A DNA stretch of 52,446 nucleotides from Micromonosporaceae bacterium (GTDB lineage Bacteria; Actinomycetota; Actinomycetes; Mycobacteriales; Micromonosporaceae): assembly GCA_045403155.1 (NCBI GenBank), contig JAXIPB010000105.1, forward strand, positions 1 through 52,446, in the 5' to 3' direction. How positions within the stretch are numbered: the first letter of the stretch is position 1; the number at the start of each line of letters is the position of its first letter. The notes under the pieces are model-generated. The model was not told the DNA's origin, did not search any database, and saw nothing but the letters and a program-made list of their open reading frames with translations. Positions 1-7,639 of the stretch are shown here, in pieces. A program made the translations under genes and the position numbers.

Positions 1-213
1 CGTTCACCCATGTCTTACTAGGAGCTTCGTTCGTATCATCGACGACATTCACGGCAATCGCGATTGTCATCGAAATGTGATAATTAACTACAAAAGTTTC
101 AATCAGTAGCAGACCAGGACGTTTAACTTAGCGGCATTGACCGTGGGGTGCATCAATTCCCGGTGATCATGTGCGCGAATCAGGGGGCGCGAATAAGGGG
201 GGCGGGGGGAGGG

Positions 214-816
214 CTAGGGGGTGCGGAGACCGAGCGTTCGAAGCTCCAGCGAAGCGAGCGAGTTCACCACGGCCTCCTCGCCGTCGCGCCAGGCGTTTGC
301 GGGATCCGGATGGATTGGGGCGAGCCGACGAAGTGGCTGGTTGGCCAGTGCGCGCAGGGCGAGCAGGTCGCGGCCGGCCCGACCGCGGCGCAGGGACGTT
401 GCGAGGGTGGCCCGCCGGATCCAGCGCACGCGCAGAGGCAGCCAGACGAACAACACGAGCGCGAGCGGAACGATGAGCAGGAGCACCACCAGCGTCACGG
501 CGAGGTTCTGCACCGCCTCCTGCTGCTCGCGACCGGCGTCGGCGAGCGACTCGGCTGCGCCCGCGGCCTGGTCCAGCGGTGAGGCGAGCGCGTCGCCGAC
601 CGCGGGTACGTTGTCCACCTTGTCCCCTGCGGAGGACAGACCGCCCGCCATGCCTTCGCCGGCGCCCTCGATCTTCTGACCGGGCACCGCGAGTTTCTGG
701 ACCGTGTTGTAGACCATGTTGGCTGCCCAGATCCAGAACGCGACCCAGGCCAGTACGAGCAGATCCGTCACGAGCTGGCGGACCCCAACCGACGGCCGGT
801 CTGCGTAGATCCTCAC
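214..816 (-). CDS. hypothetical membrane protein (two predicted TM helices)
   Basis: Minus-frame ORF 214..1047 carries two hydrophobic helices (LVTDLLVLAWVAFWIWAANMV; AVTLVVLLLIVPLALVLFVWLPL). Its 5' part overlaps zur, so the start is placed at an in-frame GTG near 816. No recognisable family. Confidence 0.3.
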   Translation of the reverse strand: MRIYADRPSVGVRQLVTDLLVLAWVAFWIWAANMVYNTVQKLAVPGQKIEGAGEGMAGGLSSAGDKVDNVPAVGDALASPLDQAAGAAESLADAGREQQEAVQNLAVTLVVLLLIVPLALVLFVWLPLRVRWIRRATLATSLRRGRAGRDLLALRALANQPLRRLAPIHPDPANAWRDGEEAVVNSLASLELRTLGLRTP

Positions 817-820
817 ATAC

Positions 821-1231
821 TTAACTGTGCAGGCCCCGGCGCGAGCATGCGGGACAAGTGCCGAATATCTCCAGAGTGTGGCTAACGTCCGAAAAGCCGT
901 TTTCGGTGGCGACCTTCTCCGCCCAGCGTTCGACCGCCGGCCCATCCACCTCGACCGTCGCGCCGCACGACCGGCAGACGAGATGGTGGTGATGGCCTTC
1001 GCCACAGCGCCGGTAGAGGAACTCGCCAGACGGCGGGCGCATGACATCGACGTCGCCCGAATCGGCCAACGACTGCAAGGTGCGGTAGACCGTCGTCAGC
1101 CCGAGACGCACGCCTCGTTCGCGAAGCATCGCGTGCAGCGTCTGTGCACTGTGGAACGAGTCCAGATCCTGTAACAGGGCCGCGATCGCGGACCGCTGCC
1201 GGGTGTTGCGTTGCACAATCGGGCCGCTCAC
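821..1231 (-). CDS. zur: zinc uptake regulator Zur (Fur family)
   Basis: C-terminal 136 aa of ORF 821..1417 resemble Fur/Zur: HTH region (TRQRSAIAALL...TVYRTL) and CxxC...CxxC metal sites (HHHHLVCRSCG, CPAC). GTG at 1229-1231 overlaps the upstream arsR-like stop (GTGA), as in mycobacterial smtB-zur pairs. Confidence 0.85.
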   Translation of the reverse strand: MSGPIVQRNTRQRSAIAALLQDLDSFHSAQTLHAMLRERGVRLGLTTVYRTLQSLADSGDVDVMRPPSGEFLYRRCGEGHHHHLVCRSCGATVEVDGPAVERWAEKVATENGFSDVSHTLEIFGTCPACSRRGLHS

Positions 1232-1575
1232 CGGGGCTCCCGGGCGTGGGTGATCGCGTCGGCGACGATGTGGCCGATATGCTCGTCGGTGAGGGAGTAG
1301 GCGATCTCCCGACCGCGGCGCTGGCCGCGTACCACGCCCGCCCCCCGCAGGACCCGCAGGTGTTGCGAGACCAACGGCTGCGGGGCACCGGTCGACTCGA
1401 CCAACTCGTGGACGCATCGTGGGCCGTCGCCCAGCTCGGTCACGATGGCGATGCGGACGGGCGCGGCGAGCGCGCGCAGGAGTTCCCCAGCCGCCTCGTA
1501 CGCTGCCGCCCCGCCTGGTGAGTCGGCGCTCCTCAGCCCAAGGCTGGAGTCACCGGACAGATCGGTTGTGCTCAT
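1228..1575 (-). CDS. ArsR/SmtB-family metalloregulator
   Basis: 115 aa with a winged-HTH ArsR signature (CVHELVESTGAPQPLVSQHLRVLRGAGVV). Translationally coupled to zur and sits directly downstream of znuB. Confidence 0.85.
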   Translation of the reverse strand: MSTTDLSGDSSLGLRSADSPGGAAAYEAAGELLRALAAPVRIAIVTELGDGPRCVHELVESTGAPQPLVSQHLRVLRGAGVVRGQRRGREIAYSLTDEHIGHIVADAITHAREPR

Positions 1576-1596
1576 CCCCGCTACCGTAACCGCTGC

Positions 1597-2469
1597 TCAC
1601 GGCTGGAGCACGACGTCGGGAGGCTCGGTCTCGGCGGCGGAGGTCGCGCCGGCCCGTCGTCGAGTCGCGCGCCAGAGCCCCGTTCCGGTGGCGATCGCGG
1701 CGAACCCGGCAATCGCCACGAGTACGATCGTCGCCCCCGGCGCGGTGTCGTACTGCGCCGCGATCGAGATGCCGGCGAACGCGGCGAGAACTCCGAGCGC
1801 CATCGCGAGGTGCATCGTGGCGCGAAAACCTCTCGTGACCAATTGCGCCGTGGCGACCGGCACTACCATCATCGCGCTCACCAGCAGCAGTCCGACGGCG
1901 CGCATAGCCACGGTGACCGTCACGGCGGTCGCCACGGCGAGCAGCACGTTCAGCGCGCGAACCGGGAGGCCCGCGACTCGGGCGTACTCCTCGTCCTGGC
2001 AGATCGCGAAGAGCCAGGGCCGCAGCAACATGCTGACTGCCAGTACCGCGCCGCCGAGCACGGCCATGACGACGAGGTCCTCACGCGAGGTCGTGAGCGG
2101 AGACCCGAACAGGTACGCCATGAGGTTGGCGTTGGTCTTTCCCTCGGACAGCGCGACGAGGAAGACGCCACCGGAGATGCCGCCGTAGAACAGCAGGGCC
2201 AGGGCGATGTCGCCCGATGCCCGTCCGCGCTCCCGGATCAGCTCGATCGCGATCGCACCGAGGGCCGAGACCACGACCGCCGTGATCACCGGAGATCGAC
2301 TCGTCAGCAGGGCGAGACCGACTCCGGTGAGCGCGACGTGCCCGATGCCGTCGCCGATGAGCGCCATCCGGCGCTGGACCAGGTAGATGCCGAGTGCCGG
2401 CGCGGTGAGCCCCGTGATGAGAACCCCGAGCAGGGCGCGCTGCATGAAGTCGTACGAGAAGAGGCTCAT
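1597..2469 (-). CDS. znuB: zinc ABC transporter permease ZnuB
   Basis: Hydrophobic ABC-3 family permease. The start is placed at internal M (MSLFSYDFMQRALLGV...) because the upstream part of ORF 1597..3009 is antisense to znuC. ATGA overlap with the znuC stop at 2466-2469. Confidence 0.85.
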   Translation of the reverse strand: MSLFSYDFMQRALLGVLITGLTAPALGIYLVQRRMALIGDGIGHVALTGVGLALLTSRSPVITAVVVSALGAIAIELIRERGRASGDIALALLFYGGISGGVFLVALSEGKTNANLMAYLFGSPLTTSREDLVVMAVLGGAVLAVSMLLRPWLFAICQDEEYARVAGLPVRALNVLLAVATAVTVTVAMRAVGLLLVSAMMVVPVATAQLVTRGFRATMHLAMALGVLAAFAGISIAAQYDTAPGATIVLVAIAGFAAIATGTGLWRATRRRAGATSAAETEPPDVVLQP

Positions 2470-3242
2470 CGCCCGCTCCAGATGCCGGGCGAGTCGAGTG
2501 GGGCGTGCGGGTGCACGTGGTCGTGGTGCGGGTCCGCATGGTGGCCGACTGGCGCCGGCACCGCTCCGTCGTGGGCGATCACTCCGTCGTGGATGACGAC
2601 CGCTCGAGTGACCAGTGGCTGAAGCGGGCCCAGTTCGTGCGCGACCAGCAGCACCGTCCCGCCACCCGCGACAAAGGCCCGGAGCGCCTCCGCGAACGCG
2701 GCCTGGCTGCTCGCGTCGACCCCGGCGGTCGGCTCGTCGAGCACCAGCAACTCCGGCTCGGCCGCCAACGCCCGGGCGATGAGCGTGCGCTGCTGCTGGC
2801 CACCGGAGAGCGTGCTGACCGGTGCCGTCGCTCGGTCGGCCAACCCGACCGAAGCCAGCGCCGTGGCCACGGCCGTACGGTCGGCGCTGTCGGCCGGTCG
2901 CAGCAGCCCCCGCCTGGACAGCCGGCCTGAGGAGACGACCTCGCGTACCGTGGCCGGGACCCCGCTGCCGGCCCCGAGGCGCTGCGGGACGTAGCCCACC
3001 CGACGCCACTGCCGCCGCATCGAGCGCCCGGGGCGCGTGACGCCGAAGAGACCCAGGGTGCCGGCGGCCAGTGGCACCAGCCCGAGGATCGCCCGGATCA
3101 GCGTGGACTTGCCCGATCCGTTGGCGCCCAGGATCGCGACGACCTCCCCGGCGTTGGCCCTCAGATCGATACCGCGCAACACGGGGCGATCGCCGTAGGC
3201 GACCACACCGCCACGAAGATCGACAACGGGGTTCACATGCAA
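2466..3242 (-). CDS. znuC: zinc ABC transporter ATP-binding protein ZnuC
   Basis: Walker A GANGSGKST, ABC signature LSGGQQQR, Walker B LLVLDEP, and a His-rich C-terminus (HHADPHHDHVHPH) typical of ZnuC. Confidence 0.9.
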   Translation of the reverse strand: MHVNPVVDLRGGVVAYGDRPVLRGIDLRANAGEVVAILGANGSGKSTLIRAILGLVPLAAGTLGLFGVTRPGRSMRRQWRRVGYVPQRLGAGSGVPATVREVVSSGRLSRRGLLRPADSADRTAVATALASVGLADRATAPVSTLSGGQQQRTLIARALAAEPELLVLDEPTAGVDASSQAAFAEALRAFVAGGGTVLLVAHELGPLQPLVTRAVVIHDGVIAHDGAVPAPVGHHADPHHDHVHPHAPLDSPGIWSGR

Positions 3243-4192
3243 CCCAGGGCCGGCTTCAACGTCGACAGATTCGCGCGCATGACCGAAAGGTAGTCGCCGG
3301 TCGACCCGGGCTGCAGTCCTTCGATCGGATCGAGAACCGCCGTTGCCGCGCCAACCTCGTCGGCGATGGCCCCCGCGACCTTCGGGCTGACCAGCGTCTC
3401 GAAGAAGATGGTGGTCGCACCGTGTTCCTTTGCCTCCCGTGCGACGTCGGCGAGGCGCTGCGGGGTCGGTTCCACCTCGGGCGAGAGCCCGGTGATGGAG
3501 ATCTGCTCGAGGTCGTAGCGGTCGGCCAGGTAGCCGAAGGCCGCGTGGCTCACCACGATCTCGCGGCGCTGGCAGGTCATGAGTCCGCGCGCGAACTCCT
3601 CATCCAGCGTGGTCAGCCTCGTCTTAAGGGCGGCGGATCGGTCCTGGTAACCGGCTGCGCCTTCTGGATCGGCGCCGGCGAGTTTCTCGGCCACGGCGTC
3701 GGCGACGGTGGCGAGCCGGGTCGGGTCGAGCCACAGATGCGGGTCGTTGCCGCCTGCATCCGGGTCGGTCGGCGCCGCGCCGGCGCTCGGCTCGTCACCG
3801 TGATCCGCTCTGGCGTCCAGCAGCGACACAGTGCTGCCGGCATCGACCGCGACACCGCTCGTCTTCTGTGTGACCGCCTCATCCACCGACGGTTGAAAGC
3901 CCGCGATGTATAGGACAAGGTCCGCATCGGCGACGCCGGCCACCTGGCTGGGGCTGAGCTCCATGTCGTGCGGTTCGGCGCCGGGCTGGGCAAGGTTTGT
4001 CACGCTGACCCCATCTCCGCCGACCTGCTCGGCCACGAACTGCAGCGGGTAGAAGCCGGCGACCACGCTAACCGCACCGCCATCTCCGGGCATCGACGTC
4101 GGTCCGCAAGCACTGAGACCCGAGAGGCTCAGCGCGGCGGCGAGGAGGGCGAATCCTGCCCCGCGCAGCCCCCCTGCGGGAACGTCGATCAC
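3233..4192 (-). CDS. znuA: zinc ABC transporter substrate-binding lipoprotein ZnuA
   Basis: Signal peptide with lipobox (LSLSGLSAC). Cluster-9 SBP fold with an acidic/His-rich loop (ADHGDEPSAGAAPTDPDAGGNDPH). First gene of the znuACB-smtB-zur minus-strand operon. Confidence 0.85.
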   Translation of the reverse strand: MIDVPAGGLRGAGFALLAAALSLSGLSACGPTSMPGDGGAVSVVAGFYPLQFVAEQVGGDGVSVTNLAQPGAEPHDMELSPSQVAGVADADLVLYIAGFQPSVDEAVTQKTSGVAVDAGSTVSLLDARADHGDEPSAGAAPTDPDAGGNDPHLWLDPTRLATVADAVAEKLAGADPEGAAGYQDRSAALKTRLTTLDEEFARGLMTCQRREIVVSHAAFGYLADRYDLEQISITGLSPEVEPTPQRLADVAREAKEHGATTIFFETLVSPKVAGAIADEVGAATAVLDPIEGLQPGSTGDYLSVMRANLSTLKPALGCM

Positions 4193-4213
4193 GCCTCCGA
4201 CTCTGCTCGCAAA

Positions 4214-4228
4214 TGACTATCATTGTCA
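4214..4228. promoter_or_regulatory. candidate Zur box (Fur-family 7-1-7 palindrome TGACTAT-C-ATTGTCA)
   Basis: AT-rich near-palindrome 22-36 nt upstream of the znuA start, in an otherwise GC-rich intergenic region. It resembles the Fur-family TGATAAT-N-ATTATCA architecture. Confidence 0.45.
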
Positions 4229-4438
4229 AAAACGCATACGTGCACCTTACCCACCCACCCGCGTGCTATGCGTGGGCGGTGAGTGATGCCGCCGCCACGT
4301 GGACGCGCCGGGCCCGGACCGATCTGCGGCAGGCCCTGGCCCTGATGCGGTGTAACCGGAGTCGACGAGCCGAAGGCCGACCAGACGGTACGCCGGGCTG
4401 CGCCACCAGAGGCCACGCGGCGTGACTAGTCTGGCGGA

Positions 4439-5809
4439 GTGATGGAGCCGGCCGTTGGCTATACGGTGCCGCCGCCGCGCGGCACGGACGTCCGCCGGTT
4501 GCTGTGGCTGGGCAGCCTCATCGCGGTCTGCGCGCTGAGCGTCATCGGGATTGTCACCTACGTCGGGTGGAACATCGGGCCCGTCGCGCTCGCAGTCGGC
4601 ATCGCCGGAGCGATCCTCCCCGTTCCTGTCCTTGTCGGCTGCTTCGTCTGGCTCGACCGATACCAGCCGTCTCCATTGTGGATCTTTACGGTGTGCTTCC
4701 TGTGGGGTGCGGGCGTGGCCACGAGCGGCGCGCTCCTGGTCAACACCCAGGCCTCCCATCTGGTCGAGCGGCTCGGCCTGTCGGACGATCTGGTCGCGGT
4801 TCTGGTGGCGCCGTTCATCGAGGAGTTGCTCAAGGCGGCCTTCCCGTTGTTGCTCTTCGTCTTCTACCGGAAGGCGTACACGGGAATCATCGACGGTATT
4901 GTCTACTGTGGACTTTCTGCCGCCGGCTTCGCCATGGTGGAGAACATTCTCTACCTCGGCGGTCACGGGTTCGCCAGCGAGTCCGACAAGGGCTACGCCG
5001 CCGGGGCCTTCGCGGTGACTGCGATCTTCATTCTGCGGGTGCCACTGACCGGGTTCGCGCATCCGCTCTTCACGTCGATCACCGGAATCGGAATCGGGAT
5101 CGCCGCTCGGTCCCCGAGTCGTGCGGTCCGGGTGATCGCTCCCCTGGCCGGACTGCTCGCCGCGATGATGCTGCATGGCGGGTGGAATCTCATGGCGACG
5201 CTGGCGCAGAACGAACCGTACTTCCTCCTCTACGGATACTTCGCGGTCTTCGTGCCGTTCTTTTTCGCCATGGTTGGTCTCGTGCTGTGGGTACGGTCGC
5301 GAGAGGGGCGGTTGGCGGAGCGGGTACTCCCCCTGTACGCCGCTGCGGGCTGGTTCTCGCCACCGGAGGTAGCTGCGCTAGGCACCATGGGGCGGCGTCT
5401 CTCGGCGCGGAAGTGGGCCAAGCGGGTGGCCGGCGAGGGTGGCGCCACCGCGATGCGCGGCTATCAGCAGGCGGCGACGCGGTTGGCTCAGCTCCGCGAC
5501 GGGCTCAATCGGGGCCTGTACCGGCGCCCGAGCGACGTCTCGGCCGCGATCGAGGAGGAGCGTCGGCTGCTGGCGACGATCGACGCGTACCGGAGGGTCT
5601 TCGCGGGGCGAGATCCGTTCGCGCGTCGGGCGTTCTGGACGGCGGGCGGCTATCAGATCCAGTTCCCGGACAACATCGTGCGGGCCGTACCGGCGCCTGC
5701 GCTGCCGGTGGTTCCGGTGCCGATTCCATTGCTGGCACCCTCTGTGTCCACCGCACCGGCCCCGCCCGTCGCGACTGCGCCGTGGTTGCCGCCCAGCGGT
5801 TACAGGTAG
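4439..5809 (+). CDS. PrsW-family intramembrane protease
   Basis: Polytopic membrane protein with PrsW/YpdC-like motifs (FIEELLKAAFP, HGGWN...). Long Pro/Ala-rich C-terminal tail. Confidence 0.75.
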   Translation: MMEPAVGYTVPPPRGTDVRRLLWLGSLIAVCALSVIGIVTYVGWNIGPVALAVGIAGAILPVPVLVGCFVWLDRYQPSPLWIFTVCFLWGAGVATSGALLVNTQASHLVERLGLSDDLVAVLVAPFIEELLKAAFPLLLFVFYRKAYTGIIDGIVYCGLSAAGFAMVENILYLGGHGFASESDKGYAAGAFAVTAIFILRVPLTGFAHPLFTSITGIGIGIAARSPSRAVRVIAPLAGLLAAMMLHGGWNLMATLAQNEPYFLLYGYFAVFVPFFFAMVGLVLWVRSREGRLAERVLPLYAAAGWFSPPEVAALGTMGRRLSARKWAKRVAGEGGATAMRGYQQAATRLAQLRDGLNRGLYRRPSDVSAAIEEERRLLATIDAYRRVFAGRDPFARRAFWTAGGYQIQFPDNIVRAVPAPALPVVPVPIPLLAPSVSTAPAPPVATAPWLPPSGYR

Positions 5810-6141
5810 AGGCCGGTGGAGTCGGGCTCCACCCGGCGGGCGGCGACAGCGTGGACATCGCGCTCGCGGAGCAGGACGTACTCCCGGCCGTGCAGTTCGA
5901 CCTCGGACCGGTCGTCCGCGTCGAAGAGCACGCGGTCGCCGGCGACGATCGATCGCACGTTGGGTCCGACGCCGACCGCGGTGGCCCAGGAGAGCCGGCG
6001 ACCGACCGAGGCGGTTGCCGGGATCACTATGCCCGCCGCCGAGCGTCGCTCGCCCTCTCCACCGTCGAGCCGGACGAGCACGCGGTCATGCAGCAGGCGG
6101 ATCGGCAGGCCGGGCTCGGTGTCAGCGATGCTGGCGGTCAC
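5800..6141 (-). CDS. divergent GroES/Cpn10-family co-chaperonin paralog
   Basis: 113-aa product aligns to GroES (IRLLHDRVLVRL vs IKPLEDKILVQ; AAGIVIPATA vs ASGLVIPDTA; VGVGPN; GDRVLF...EYVLLRERDVHAV). GTG start at 6139-6141. No groEL adjacent. Confidence 0.6.
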   Translation of the reverse strand: MTASIADTEPGLPIRLLHDRVLVRLDGGEGERRSAAGIVIPATASVGRRLSWATAVGVGPNVRSIVAGDRVLFDADDRSEVELHGREYVLLRERDVHAVAARRVEPDSTGLYL

Positions 6142-6298
6142 GCCTGTCAACCTACCGGGCGTGGCAGGCGCCTTCTGCCGGGGACGCACACCGGCGCGAG
6201 ATCGAATTCGGGTATGGATACGGTAGACGGGCTGGCGGCGACGCGACGGTGCGACACAGGTCGCCCACGGGTCGCCCACGGTCGGCGAGGAGGGCGTC

Positions 6299-7621
6299 GT
6301 GGGGCAGTTCGACAACGTGCGAGAGAACCTGCGCCGTGCCTACGAGTCCGGGCGGGACAGCGTGCGGCAGGCCCGGGCGGAGGCTGAAATGGATACCGAG
6401 GACGGCCTCGAAACGAGCGAACCCACGGCGGCGTCGCGCCCGATCGTCCTGGCGTCGACGTCGGTGGCGCATCCCGATGACCTCGACGTGCCGCGCGGTC
6501 TGCGGGTCGCCGGGGCGTGGGCGTGGCGCGTGCTGCTGCTCGTCGCCGCCGCTGCGGCGGTGCTGTGGGTCGTCGGCAAGCTTCAGCTCGTTGTCGTCCC
6601 GCTGATCATCGCGATCCTTCTGTCGGCGCTGCTGTCTCCACTGGTCGGAATTCTTCGGCGGGCCCGCGTGCCGCGCTCGCTGGCCGTAACGGTGGTCATG
6701 ATCGCCGGCCTCGGGGCGGTCATCGGCACGTTGACAATCGTGATCAACCAGTTTGTGGACGGGGCGCCCCAACTGTCGAGGGACGCGGCCGGCGGCGTGC
6801 GGAAGATCCAAGATTGGCTCAGGACCGGCCCGCTGAACCTCTCCGAATCGCAGTTGAACGGCTTCTTCAACGGCGTACAGGACTGGTTCTCCAACAACCG
6901 GGAGACCCTGACCAGCGGAGCGCTGTCGACGGCCACCACCCTCGGCCACGTGCTGGCCGGCGTCTTCCTCGTGCTCTTCGCGACGTTTTTCTTCCTCCGC
7001 GACGGTCGCCGGATCTCCCGCTTCGTGATCGGCCTCTTGCCGGAAAACGCGCGCGAGTCGATCGCCGGCGCGGCGGAGGTCTCGTGGGCCACGCTCGTCA
7101 ACTACGTGCGAGCGACCGTGCTGGTCGCGTTCATCGACGCGCTGGGCATCGGGATCGCGCTTGTGGTCCTCGACGTTCGGTTCGCCTTCTCGCTCGCGGC
7201 GCTGGTCTTCCTGGGTGCCTTCATCCCGATCATCGGTGCGACCATCTCCGGCGCGGTCGCCATCCTCGTAGCCCTGGTTGACCGGGGGCCGTTCGTCGCC
7301 TTGATCGTTCTCGCAGCGGTCATCGCGGTACAACAGATCGAGGGGCACATCCTGCAGCCGCTCATCATGGGCCGGGCCGTCGCGATTCATCCCCTGGCCG
7401 TGATCGTCGCGATCGCCAGCGGCGCCGTGCTCGCCGGGATCATCGGCGCGCTCGTCGCCGTGCCTGTTGTCGCGGTGCTCAACACCGGTATTCGCCACCT
7501 TGCGCGGGTGCGGCGCGCGGAGGAGTCGGGCGCTCCGCCGCCCGGGCCGCCGGAACCGACCGGCCCGCCCGGGCCCGGAATGGCCGAGGAGTCACTCTCG
7601 CCGCTGCCGCCCGACGTCTGA
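6299..7621 (+). CDS. AI-2E family transporter (UPF0118/PerM-like)
   Basis: About 8 TM segments and the conserved C-terminal AI-2E block (IPIIGATISGAVAILVAL...QQIEGHILQPLIMGRAVAIHPLAVI). GTG start preceded by a GAGGAGGG RBS. Confidence 0.85.
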   Translation: MGQFDNVRENLRRAYESGRDSVRQARAEAEMDTEDGLETSEPTAASRPIVLASTSVAHPDDLDVPRGLRVAGAWAWRVLLLVAAAAAVLWVVGKLQLVVVPLIIAILLSALLSPLVGILRRARVPRSLAVTVVMIAGLGAVIGTLTIVINQFVDGAPQLSRDAAGGVRKIQDWLRTGPLNLSESQLNGFFNGVQDWFSNNRETLTSGALSTATTLGHVLAGVFLVLFATFFFLRDGRRISRFVIGLLPENARESIAGAAEVSWATLVNYVRATVLVAFIDALGIGIALVVLDVRFAFSLAALVFLGAFIPIIGATISGAVAILVALVDRGPFVALIVLAAVIAVQQIEGHILQPLIMGRAVAIHPLAVIVAIASGAVLAGIIGALVAVPVVAVLNTGIRHLARVRRAEESGAPPPGPPEPTGPPGPGMAEESLSPLPPDV

Positions 7622-7639
7622 CCGCAGTGCCCACCCGTG

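Noticed and set aside
2470-3009. N-terminal extension of the znuB ORF
   Set aside because: Antisense to znuC and Arg/Gly-rich. The true start is the internal ATG that overlaps the znuC stop.
4504-6387. 627-aa plus-strand ORF spanning prsW and the GroES-like gene
   Set aside because: Alternative frame of prsW and antisense of the GroES-like gene. Arg/Gly-rich with no domain.
6152-7498. 448-aa minus-strand ORF
   Set aside because: Antisense to the AI-2E transporter. Charged low-complexity translation.
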